Positions 49,293-59,000 of a stretch of DNA of 64,000 nt are shown here, piece by piece. A program made the position numbers and the translations under genes. The notes beneath the pieces were generated by a model. It made no database searches, was not told where the DNA came from, and worked only from the letters and a program-made list of their open reading frames with translations. Source of the stretch: Promethearchaeota archaeon (GTDB lineage: Archaea > Asgardarchaeota > Lokiarchaeia > Sigyniarchaeales > SOKP01); the NCBI GenBank assembly GCA_029838195.1, contig JALGVJ010000031.1:1-64000 (forward strand), given 5' to 3'. Position 1 is the stretch's first letter. Every line of letters begins with the position of its first letter.

Positions 49293-50699
49293 TTAATCGC
49301 TTGAGATACTTTCTTTTTTTTCTTCATGCAATTTTTCTACTTCTTTTTTGATTTGTAAATATTTTTCTTTCGTAATGGGAAATCTACTCATGACAATAAA
49401 TCCAATTATTAAAGCAATTGCAGGAAATATAAAAATTAAGCTTCGAAGGCCGAAAATTATCTCTTCGGATACATTTTCGGGCGTAAATACAGTCCATCCA
49501 ACGCTATTAAAAACAATGTTAATGGAGAGGATTACGAATATTGTTGACAATTTTGTAATTAAAGCATTTATACCATAATATCCTCCTTCTCGTCTTAATC
49601 CTGTATTTAATTCATCCTCATCTATTATTGCCGAAAGTAAGATATCTCCAAGCATAAGGGCTCCAGCAAGACCTAAACCAACAAAGAAAAATGCGATAAA
49701 TGCACTTAAAATCTTCTTTATCAACATGAAGGGAAAGAGCGTAGCAATGAATATGATTTGGCATAACATGTATCCTTTTTTCATTCCAATTCTAACCGCA
49801 ATATAGCGCCAAAAAATCATAAAAAAACCTGCAGAGATAAACGATAAACCTAACATTAATCCTAAAAGTATTGATTCCCCTTCGCCTATGTTTAGAACGA
49901 AACTTCCATAAAGCGGAACAATAGTAGGTAATATTCCAATAACATACCAATAAGCCAAATTAGCAACAATAAAAATTCTAAATGATTTATTTTTTAGCGA
50001 AAATTTTAGAGAATTCAACAAAGATAGAGCTTCTTCAGCATCTTTCAGATATTCTTTTCTTTCTTTTATTCCAAATATTATCATCAGAATTGCACCTACT
50101 GCTATTATAATACTCATAAATATGCCCGCTTGTCCGTATTCCGCATAATATTTAGGATCGTCTAATTTTGGTATAAATAATGTTGGTCCTATAAAAGCAA
50201 AAATCAAGCCAATCACAGTAAAAAGTTGTTTTATTGCACCTGCTCTTGCTCTATCTTCTAGATTTTTAAACATCTCAGGGAATAACGATGCATAATTCAA
50301 ATCATAGAGCGTATATGTTAGATCAAACAAAATAACCATAATAAGAAAATATATAAAAGTATTAATCTCTGAATTTCTTGGTGGAATCCATAAAAAAATC
50401 ATCACCACGCATAGAGGAATTATACTAATAATTATATATGGTTTTCTTCTACCCCATTTTGTTTTCGTGCGATCTGATAAAGCTCCCAACAAGGGATCAT
50501 TAATTGCATTCCAAACCGACCAAATTATGAAAACAATCGTTATTAAATTGATATTCAATCCGACTACAGCGTAATAAAAAGTAAAGATGAAAAAACTAAA
50601 CATTTCAAGAGCTATTGTATCCGAGAATTGTCCTATACCATAAGCAAATATCTTTTTTCTCGAGAATTTATCATCTATTTTTTTTTCTTTCTCATTCAT
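49293..50699 (-). CDS. MFS transporter, GPH/MelB family
   Basis: 'WNAINDPLLGALSDRTKTKWGRRKPY', 'IIDEDE..TG.RREG'. Confidence 0.92.
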   Translation of the reverse strand: MNEKEKKIDDKFSRKKIFAYGIGQFSDTIALEMFSFFIFTFYYAVVGLNINLITIVFIIWSVWNAINDPLLGALSDRTKTKWGRRKPYIIISIIPLCVVMIFLWIPPRNSEINTFIYFLIMVILFDLTYTLYDLNYASLFPEMFKNLEDRARAGAIKQLFTVIGLIFAFIGPTLFIPKLDDPKYYAEYGQAGIFMSIIIAVGAILMIIFGIKERKEYLKDAEEALSLLNSLKFSLKNKSFRIFIVANLAYWYVIGILPTIVPLYGSFVLNIGEGESILLGLMLGLSFISAGFFMIFWRYIAVRIGMKKGYMLCQIIFIATLFPFMLIKKILSAFIAFFFVGLGLAGALMLGDILLSAIIDEDELNTGLRREGGYYGINALITKLSTIFVILSINIVFNSVGWTVFTPENVSEEIIFGLRSLIFIFPAIALIIGFIVMSRFPITKEKYLQIKKEVEKLHEEKKESISSD

Positions 50700-51017
50700 T
50701 TTTAAACCTCATTTTTTATTTATAGAATCTTATTTTAATAATAAATTGAAATCTATACATAATCTTTTTCTTTCATCTTATTATATTTATATTTTTTTTA
50801 AAATTGTAATTAATAAAAAGACTTATAAAAAGTCGATCCCCACCATCTATATCCTATTAATTAGCAGGAAAAAAAAAGAGTTGTACATAATTAGGATAAG
50901 TTAAACAGATTTTAATCTCCTTTTTTAAAAGATTACTAAAAATAAGATAATATAGTTAAATAAAAGTTTAAATTATTTCGGAATCAATATACTTAAGAGA
51001 TAAAAGAAAATTTTTTC

Positions 51018-52712
51018 GTGAACTATATGAAAGTAAAAGATTTCTTAGAGAAAATTACGGAAGAAACAAAAGAAGGAAAATATAAAACTTTAGGACGCCT
51101 CGTGAGAAAAGCTAAAAGAGAAGGTTTCTCAAGGGAAGAAATCATTAAAGCGCTCTCGGAGGGAATAAAGAGCGCTAGTGAGCATTATAAAATCAAAGGA
51201 ATGTATCTTGATGATATTATAAAATCTGCGGCAGCATTTAATGTAGGAGCTCAATCCCTTGGACTCGAGATGGAGGAAAAAAAAGAACCCGAAAAGAGAG
51301 TTATAATTGGAGTAATGGGAGGGCCGTGGACAATTGGTTCTGATATTGTATCTGCGAACCTGCGCGCTGCTGGATTTGAAGTGGTAAATGCTGGTTCTGA
51401 TATTACACCAGAAAAGCTTGCAAGAGTGGTTCAAGAAACAGGAGGAAGAATAGTTGCTTCTGCAATTTATTTAATGCAAAGTGAACCGGAAGTGGCAAAA
51501 TTAGAGGAAGAATTATGGAAGAGAGGTATACGTCATGAAGTAAGAACGATTCTGAGTGGCCCCGCTAGTTCGAGACCTCTTGCGGAGCGATATAACGTGG
51601 ATGCTCATGTAAAAGACGTAAATGAACTCGTGATTAAAATAAAAGAATTTTCGGAAGAATTAAAATCAGAAATGACATCTCGAGAAAGGGTCATGACATC
51701 TGTAAGATATGAAGAACCAGACCGTGTACCTTTCATTCCATTCGCTCAAACTTTTTGCGCAAAATTTGCGGGTATTCCTTTTTCAGAATACGTGAGTAAG
51801 GCAGAAAAATTTGTCGAAGGACAAATGAAAGCCTATAAAGCATTTGGATGGGATGCATTATGCTTTTCTTCCGATGTGGGAATGTATGCTGAAGCGCTAG
51901 GCGCAAAAATAGCATTCCCTCATAATGATATTCCTCGAATTATTGAGCCCCTCTTACATCATGATTCGGTTTATGAAGATTTTAAAAAATTAACCATACC
52001 TGATCCCATGGAGGCAGGTCGCTTAACAGAATCCATAAAAGCAATTGAGCTTGCCAGAAAAGAAGTGGGAGAGGATGTTCCCTTGATTGGATGGTTAGAA
52101 GGACCATTTCAGGGTGTAGCATTGTTAACTGGTGCAGATCCATTGATGCTTTTTTATGTATTAGATCACCCTAAAGAATTTAATGAAATTTTAGAGTGGT
52201 ATGCAGAGTTTCAGATTAATGTTGCACGTTGTATGGGGGAAGCAGGAGCAGATATAATTGGTGTGGGAGAAACTGCCGCATATTTCATGTCTCCTAAATT
52301 CTTTGAACGTTTTTGTTTAGAACCGGAAAAAAAATTATGCGGAACAATTAAAAGAATGGGAATGATCCCTTTAATTCATTGTTGTGGATACGTTCCTCAA
52401 TGCATTCCTTATGCAAAAGAAACGAATCCAGGAGGGGCAATTCAATTTGATTATCAAGTAGATTTAGCATGGGCAAAAAAAGAACTTCAAAATAAAGTAA
52501 CCATCATGGGTAATCTCAACTATAATAAACTCACGAGAGCAAGTCCAAAAGAAGTATATGAGGATTGTGCCAATCATATAAAAATCGCAGCAAAAGGAGG
52601 AGGTTTTTGGTTAGCATTTGGATGTGAAATTCCTCGAGATTTGCCCATAAATAATATGAGAACAATAATTCGAGCTACAAGAACAATAGGTAAATATCCC
52701 ATTTCCATATGA
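51018..52712 (+). CDS. Fusion of a corrinoid-binding protein (cap + B12 Rossmann) and a MtaA/CmuA (UroD-family) methyltransferase
   Basis: N-terminal cap helices, 'L...GFEV.N.G.D..PE', then 'TSRERV......EPDRVP' and Zn ligands 'IHCCG' and 'GCEIP'. Confidence 0.88.
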   Translation: MNYMKVKDFLEKITEETKEGKYKTLGRLVRKAKREGFSREEIIKALSEGIKSASEHYKIKGMYLDDIIKSAAAFNVGAQSLGLEMEEKKEPEKRVIIGVMGGPWTIGSDIVSANLRAAGFEVVNAGSDITPEKLARVVQETGGRIVASAIYLMQSEPEVAKLEEELWKRGIRHEVRTILSGPASSRPLAERYNVDAHVKDVNELVIKIKEFSEELKSEMTSRERVMTSVRYEEPDRVPFIPFAQTFCAKFAGIPFSEYVSKAEKFVEGQMKAYKAFGWDALCFSSDVGMYAEALGAKIAFPHNDIPRIIEPLLHHDSVYEDFKKLTIPDPMEAGRLTESIKAIELARKEVGEDVPLIGWLEGPFQGVALLTGADPLMLFYVLDHPKEFNEILEWYAEFQINVARCMGEAGADIIGVGETAAYFMSPKFFERFCLEPEKKLCGTIKRMGMIPLIHCCGYVPQCIPYAKETNPGGAIQFDYQVDLAWAKKELQNKVTIMGNLNYNKLTRASPKEVYEDCANHIKIAAKGGGFWLAFGCEIPRDLPINNMRTIIRATRTIGKYPISI

Positions 52713-53320
52713 AAAAGTTTAAATAAACTTTATTTTAATTTACTATAATATCTTAACACTTAATAATCGAAAATTCAAAAATTATAATTCATGAATGGTT
52801 TAAACCATTAAATTAAAACATATTCTATATCAAACACGACATTTACACATTAAAATGTAATATTTCCTTTCCCTAGAAGTTCGCTGGATGGCTGCGTGGG
52901 CATGTACACATCAAAATGTAATCTAATGCCTTCACCCGAATAAAATAAAACATCTTTCTCTACCTTGAAATCTTGTCGGGGTACCGATTAAAAATGGGAG
53001 GGAATATTATTATATGACACGGGAAGAAAATATTCTTTTACTTCTGCTGGGATTTGTTCTTCCCAATTATTCCCAAATGCTTTATTATCGTGTTCTTTTC
53101 GATTTTCCCTAGGCGTACCTTTTCACCCTCCATTAAGGTGGTTAACGAGTCGAGCAATAAATTGATGAATAACTTGTATCAAACTCAGTGTAGGATGCGC
53201 ACTCTTGAAAATATTCGCATGAGAATATCGCATCGTCTAGGATGTCCCGTGATAGTCTCGCCCGCCTTGTTGGAAAAACTACAATAAGAAACTAATATTT
53301 ATAAAATATACTCTTTTTTT

Positions 53321-53378
53321 TTAAGATTGTTAAACAAAAGACACCCAAATCAATTTAATTTCTCGAAAAAGAAAAAAA
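53321..53378 (+). repeat. 58-bp direct repeat, copy 2
   Basis: Matches 47992-48049. Confidence 0.95.
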
Positions 53379-53438
53379 TAGAATAGAATTTATTTAATTT
53401 AAATACTCGGTAAAATTCATGTTGAAGAAATTAGCCTT

Positions 53439-53642
53439 TTAAGGCGGTTTTGCATCCGGCAACGCTTTTGCAGCGGGAAGTCCTCTTACACCCCAATGCG
53501 ACTTTGGGACTTGTTGGACAATAACCTCGACAGCTTCTTTTGGAATTCCTAATCCCACGAAAACTTCCGTGACGCCGGTAATTATTTTCTCTATAGCCTC
53601 ATCAGAAGTACCTTCCCACATATATATTTGGGCTAAAGGCAT
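53439..53642 (-). CDS. 4-oxalocrotonate tautomerase family protein
   Basis: Catalytic Pro1 (MP..), 67 aa, 'V.V.....P.SHWG..G'. Confidence 0.9.
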   Translation of the reverse strand: MPLAQIYMWEGTSDEAIEKIITGVTEVFVGLGIPKEAVEVIVQQVPKSHWGVRGLPAAKALPDAKPP

Positions 53643-53817
53643 TTTAATTTAACACCCTCTTTTTTACAAGATTTTTGATGTAATTAACATTTATTTTAAT
53701 ATTATTTATAATTTTTGATATATAAATAAATTAAACGGCGTTATCATTATTTCTTTCTCCCCGTTTCACATTCTTTCAGTACCTAAGTCGTGGGAATAAA
53801 ACGAAAAGAAGGAGTTT

Positions 53818-55695
53818 TTAATAAAATAATTTATCCAACTCTGCTTTCAATCGAGCAGGTTCGAATTTAGGTATTCTATCAATGGTTAACAAGCCGTTAA
53901 TTTCTTGAAATTGGTCGTATAGTTCCGTATAGCAAAATCCATGGATCCAATCTTTTCTTGCATCAAATAATTTCAACAAATCGATTATTTTTTCAAACAA
54001 TTCATCGGAGGTTTGAACCATTTGATATCCCCAATCTTCTTTTTTCTTTTCTCCGCTTAGTTCGAAACCAAAACCTCCTATTTCCGAAAAAATGACGGGG
54101 TTATCGTCGTGCGTACAAGAGGAAAGGTAAATGGGATATGGAGAGGGAATTTGATAAATTTTGTCACTATCATAAGATTCAGGTATGGCTTCATATTGTT
54201 CATACATGTGAAGTGTACATAAGTCGGATTTAGCATGAAACCATCCATCATCATCAATGATTAATCGAGTAGGATCTATGGATTTCATAAAATAATAAAG
54301 CCCTCGAGTATAATCTTTTTTTTTGTCATCGCGGTGGGCACCAGGAACGCCCCAGCCCTCGTTTAAAATGGTCCATGCTATGATTGAGGGATGGTTATAA
54401 TCTCGCTCTATTACTTCCACGAAATGATTTAGCAAGCGTAATTGAGCTTTTGGAGAAAATTGAAACGCGTTACCGATTTCTCCCCACACTAAAACGCCCA
54501 TTTTATCACACCAATAGAGAAAGCGGGGATCAAACACTTTTTGGTGGGTTCTCAAACCGTTAAACCCAAATTCTTTAACATATTGAATATCGCGTTTAAT
54601 AGCTTCATCAGAAGGGGCTGTATACAATCCATCAGGCCAATATCCTTGAACTAAAAAAAGCTTTTGATATATGGGTTTATTGTTTAATAACACACGTTTA
54701 TTGGTATTTGGGTGGGGAGAGGTTTCAGAAATGGATATTTTTCTCATGCCAAAATAGGTTTTTACCATGTCGATGAGTTCACCAGTTTTTGAGTCAACGA
54801 ACTTGAATATTAAATCATATAAGAACGGATCATTCACCTCCCAAAGTCTTAATTTTTCTGTAGGAATGCTCATTTTGAACTTGAATGGCGATGGATTTTC
54901 CGGTTGCCATCGAGCTCCCTTGATTTTTAATATTTTTCGGTCTCTTTTAGCAAGTAAGTTTCCTAAAAAATCAAGGCGCAAAGTTTCTTGAGAAACAGGC
55001 TTATCCTTAGCAAGGATGGTCGCAGATAAAGTTAGGTCAGGCGTTCCCTTTCCGTGCACATCACACTCTACAATGATTTCTGATTTATCTATATCAGGAG
55101 TGATTTTTACCCATTTTAAATGATTCCTTAAAGAAACCGCTTCTATCCATGCGGTTTGCCAAATTCCGGATACTCTAGGGTAAAAAATTCCAGATGGTTC
55201 TTCCAGCCAATATTGTTTTCCTCTCGGAATTTCCAAATCTGTACTCGGGTCTTCCACTCTTACTACTAAAACATTATTATCTTTAATAAAATCCGTGATA
55301 TCGAACGTGAATCCCACGTATCCTCCTTCATGAGATCCCACATATTGTTCGTTTAAATACACAGTACAAGAATAATCCACCGCTCCAAAATGCAATAAAA
55401 TACGCTTATTCTTGAAGGAGGGAGGCAATTCAAACTCTTTTCGATACCACATGAAATCATGGAACCCGAGATCCCCGATTCCACTTAATTTGCTCTGAAA
55501 ACAAAAAGGCACGATGATTTTTTTGTCAAATTTTTCTTTTTGGCTTTTTTCATACCATCGTTCTTTAAGGCCCTTATTAGCATCATCAAAAGCAAACTCC
55601 CATTCGCCATTTAAATTGATCCAATTATTTTCACGTTCAAATTGCGGTCTTGGATGTTCGGGTCTGGGAATAGAACCATCATTTATGATTTTCAT
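53818..55695 (-). CDS. Glycoside hydrolase family 2
   Basis: 'PRPQF.R..W.NLNGEW', 'LHFGAVDY', 'GFNGLRTHQK', acid/base 'NEGWG' and nucleophile 'SEIGG'. Confidence 0.93.
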   Translation of the reverse strand: MKIINDGSIPRPEHPRPQFERENNWINLNGEWEFAFDDANKGLKERWYEKSQKEKFDKKIIVPFCFQSKLSGIGDLGFHDFMWYRKEFELPPSFKNKRILLHFGAVDYSCTVYLNEQYVGSHEGGYVGFTFDITDFIKDNNVLVVRVEDPSTDLEIPRGKQYWLEEPSGIFYPRVSGIWQTAWIEAVSLRNHLKWVKITPDIDKSEIIVECDVHGKGTPDLTLSATILAKDKPVSQETLRLDFLGNLLAKRDRKILKIKGARWQPENPSPFKFKMSIPTEKLRLWEVNDPFLYDLIFKFVDSKTGELIDMVKTYFGMRKISISETSPHPNTNKRVLLNNKPIYQKLFLVQGYWPDGLYTAPSDEAIKRDIQYVKEFGFNGLRTHQKVFDPRFLYWCDKMGVLVWGEIGNAFQFSPKAQLRLLNHFVEVIERDYNHPSIIAWTILNEGWGVPGAHRDDKKKDYTRGLYYFMKSIDPTRLIIDDDGWFHAKSDLCTLHMYEQYEAIPESYDSDKIYQIPSPYPIYLSSCTHDDNPVIFSEIGGFGFELSGEKKKEDWGYQMVQTSDELFEKIIDLLKLFDARKDWIHGFCYTELYDQFQEINGLLTIDRIPKFEPARLKAELDKLFY

Positions 55696-55849
55696 GCTTA
55701 TTAAAATATTTCCCCTGTAAAAAATTTTAAAAATTTGAAGAATTTAGGATAAAAATGAATTAATATCCTCTCGTTCTTTTGGCGTTTCATTATTAATTTT
55801 TTTGACGAACACAAAATATTTTTAATATTAAAGAATTAAATTTTAGATC

Positions 55850-56887
55850 ATGGTCCTTGAAAAATTTCCCTTGATCACCGTGCACGGTTCCTCTTCTATA
55901 GAAATAGGCTTTCAGCACGGAAAAAAATTGAAAGAAAGAATCCAAAAAACCATTCAAGTATATCACATGGCTACCAATTTAAAAGAGGATGTAATTTTCG
56001 ATAGAGCAGCCCATTTCAAACGGGTCATCTATAAATTTAACCCGGATTATTGCGATGAAATTGAAGCCATTGCGAAAGGAGCGGGTGTGAATCCTTCTTG
56101 GATTTATGCTTTAAATGGAAGAACAGAATTAGTACCGCTTCTTAGCCATGCATGTACAGCTCTTTATTTCAGTAAAACGGGCATTTTAGCTCAAAATTGG
56201 GATTGGGCGGAAGCCCTCGAATCCTTATCCCTTATAATGAGAATTAAAAAAAATAACGGACACGAAATCCTTCAAGTAACAGAACCAGGAATCATCGGGA
56301 AAATCGGATTTAATGATAAAGGAATTGGAGCGTGTCTAAATTTTCTAGATTACAAGGGAGATTTAAATGGCGTGCCAATTCATATTTTATTGCGAGCAGT
56401 TTTAGATTCTTCGAATTTAGAAGAGGCAGTAAATAAAATGAAGAATCATGAGCATGGAACGGCTAGTAATATATTAATTGGGACTGATAAGGGAAAATAT
56501 GTGGATGTGGAATTTGCTGATAAACAGATTTTTTTATTTGAAAATTCCAATGAAGATGAAATTTTTATTCATACGAATCATTATCTTGATAAGGCATCCG
56601 TGCCCACGTTGATAGCCACAGAGGAGGACATTATTAATTCGCATGTACGCTATGACCAAGCTTTAAATTTAGCAAAGCAAGTTGTTGATCAATCAATTGA
56701 AGACATGAAAAAAATCCTTTTGAATAAATCCAATAAAAAGCATCCTATATGTCGAAAATACGTGCGACATCCTCTTTTTGGGCGCTCGGGATCTGTTTGT
56801 TCCATCATTATGAATTTACCACGACGAGAAATGCATGTCACGAAAGGAAATCCAACGAAACATGATTATGAGCTAATAAAATTATAG
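55850..56887 (+). CDS. C45 family Ntn-hydrolase / acyltransferase
   Basis: 'LNGRTE...ACT' (autoproteolytic Cys), 'AQNWDW', 'KIGFN..G', 'HTNHY'. Confidence 0.9.
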   Translation: MVLEKFPLITVHGSSSIEIGFQHGKKLKERIQKTIQVYHMATNLKEDVIFDRAAHFKRVIYKFNPDYCDEIEAIAKGAGVNPSWIYALNGRTELVPLLSHACTALYFSKTGILAQNWDWAEALESLSLIMRIKKNNGHEILQVTEPGIIGKIGFNDKGIGACLNFLDYKGDLNGVPIHILLRAVLDSSNLEEAVNKMKNHEHGTASNILIGTDKGKYVDVEFADKQIFLFENSNEDEIFIHTNHYLDKASVPTLIATEEDIINSHVRYDQALNLAKQVVDQSIEDMKKILLNKSNKKHPICRKYVRHPLFGRSGSVCSIIMNLPRREMHVTKGNPTKHDYELIKL

Positions 56888-56994
56888 CATTAGGAAAATC
56901 GCTTTCTTTTTATTGTTGAGATAATTTAACTTAAAAGGATGATTAGTTATCTTGATTTAAAGAATTATCAATACTTTTTCAGGGTAAATAAAAA

Positions 56995-58752
56995 ATGAAT
57001 GAAAATAAAGTTAGAGAAAAAAATGGCAAGTTTTATTATCAAGATGCCCGGGCAATTAAAAAGAAATATCTTAATATTTTGTATCTTAAAGGAACTCCTC
57101 ATGAAATTGGGTTTCAGCACGGTATTCTATTAAGTGAAGAGATTAAAAATGGGGCCGTAAATGTTTATGCAGATCCATTGAGAGCCCAAGGAGTAAAAAA
57201 TCCCCTCATGAAAATGATTGGAAGGCTGTACTTGAATAAAAAAATTTATAAACCAACAGAGCAAGCACAGCCTAAAGAAATAATCGAGCAATTAAAAGGG
57301 ATTGCTGAAGGTAGCGGAGTTCCTTATTCGACTATTTTTAAGGCGAATCATCATACTTCTGTCAACATGGTCTTGACTCCAATTATTTTTAAATCCACGG
57401 AAAAGAAGTTTAATAAGATGGGAATATTCATCCAACCCGCTTGTAGCACGTTTGTTGCGACTAAAAAGGCAACTCTTAATGGAGAAACCATTGTTGGAAG
57501 AAATACAGACTATTCTGCAATTCATGAGTGGCCAACATATCAAACAGTTAGCTTCGTGGAGCCCACAGATGGATTTAAATATGTACAAATTGGAACGGCC
57601 GGTTTATTACTTTGGGCTCCCGGAATGAATGAAAATGGTATTGTGGTTTGCGGACATTATATGATTTATGATGATATTGATCCAAGTGGATGGTGCATTC
57701 CCGCTTTTACGGATGCCATCTTGAGAACAGCTGAAAGCCTAGAAGATGCGATCAATATTTTGAAGAAAAACCCAAGAGGCGTTTCATGTGGATTCGTGGT
57801 GACAGATGGAAAATCTAAGAACGCCTTTGCTGCAGAAGTGAGCACGGGCAAGCCAACAATTCGGTGGCTAGAAGAGGACCACGTGATCATGACAAATATG
57901 GCGGTATCAGAGGAAAAGCGAAAAATAGATTTTGTTTCACGATATAATTTGAATGAAGGCTGTCCAGCTCGATATAAACGGTTGGAGCAACTCATTAAAT
58001 CAAATTGGGGGAAGATCGACCCTTCATTAGCTGCAGAATTCATGGGAGATCATGTTAGATATACCACGCAAACGGAACGAAATGCATATGGTATTCTTGC
58101 GGTTGATGATAATGTTAATAGCATTATATTTGTTCCTGAAAGATTAAAATTTTGGGTGGCGGCTGGGCCAGCTCCTGTCTGTAATAATCCTTATGTTGGA
58201 TTTGATTTTAACGCTGAAATGAAAGGAACTGCATCTGATGTTTCTCCGAAAATATTAAAGGGATATCAATTTAAAAATGAAAACAAGAGAAAAGGAATGG
58301 TTTTATTCAACCAAGCTTACATTTTATACGAAAAGCATGTAAAAATTACCGAAGAAATAAAGGATTTCATTCAAAAAGCTATAGAAATGGATCAGGAAGA
58401 GGTGATTTATTATCAAATGCTAGCAAAGATTTCAATTCATGAAGGTGACTATGATGCGGGTATTAATCTTCTTAACAAGGCACTCTCTTTAAAACAATCG
58501 GCCAATGAAAAAGCCCATGATACACTACTTTTAGGAATCCTACATGATCTCAAGGGGGAAAGAGATAATGCACTAGCTTATTATAATGAAATTGATGTTT
58601 TAATAGAAAATGAGCCTAAAGATTCATGGTTTAGGATAAATCGAGTAATAAAAGCTTTTAGTGAAAAATACAAAAAATATCCCTTCTCAAAAAAAGATCT
58701 GGGAGATAGATGCGTATTAATTGAATTTTCGCAAGGTGCCGGCGTGGAATAA
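56995..58752 (+). CDS. C45 family Ntn-hydrolase with C-terminal TPR repeats
   Basis: 'GTPHEIGFQHG', 'ACSTF', 'GRNTD', 'GMNENG'; TPR-like helices after about aa 435. Confidence 0.85.
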   Translation: MNENKVREKNGKFYYQDARAIKKKYLNILYLKGTPHEIGFQHGILLSEEIKNGAVNVYADPLRAQGVKNPLMKMIGRLYLNKKIYKPTEQAQPKEIIEQLKGIAEGSGVPYSTIFKANHHTSVNMVLTPIIFKSTEKKFNKMGIFIQPACSTFVATKKATLNGETIVGRNTDYSAIHEWPTYQTVSFVEPTDGFKYVQIGTAGLLLWAPGMNENGIVVCGHYMIYDDIDPSGWCIPAFTDAILRTAESLEDAINILKKNPRGVSCGFVVTDGKSKNAFAAEVSTGKPTIRWLEEDHVIMTNMAVSEEKRKIDFVSRYNLNEGCPARYKRLEQLIKSNWGKIDPSLAAEFMGDHVRYTTQTERNAYGILAVDDNVNSIIFVPERLKFWVAAGPAPVCNNPYVGFDFNAEMKGTASDVSPKILKGYQFKNENKRKGMVLFNQAYILYEKHVKITEEIKDFIQKAIEMDQEEVIYYQMLAKISIHEGDYDAGINLLNKALSLKQSANEKAHDTLLLGILHDLKGERDNALAYYNEIDVLIENEPKDSWFRINRVIKAFSEKYKKYPFSKKDLGDRCVLIEFSQGAGVE

Positions 58753-59000
58753 TTCAGTTCGCACGCAAGATACTAACAATTTTTTCATTTTTTAAGAATA
58801 TAATGATTCTATTCATATTTGTATAAAAAATCTCTAATTGGATTTTAATTAATCGAATGATTTTCCTCTTGGTTTACCTAAAATTATCTTCCTATTGAAT
58901 TTAAAATAATAAAACCTCCAAAATAAATTAAAGAAATTATTTCTTTAAAAAAGATATTAGAAGATTGAGGGGATTTCCCCAATTTCATGATAACTTTTCT

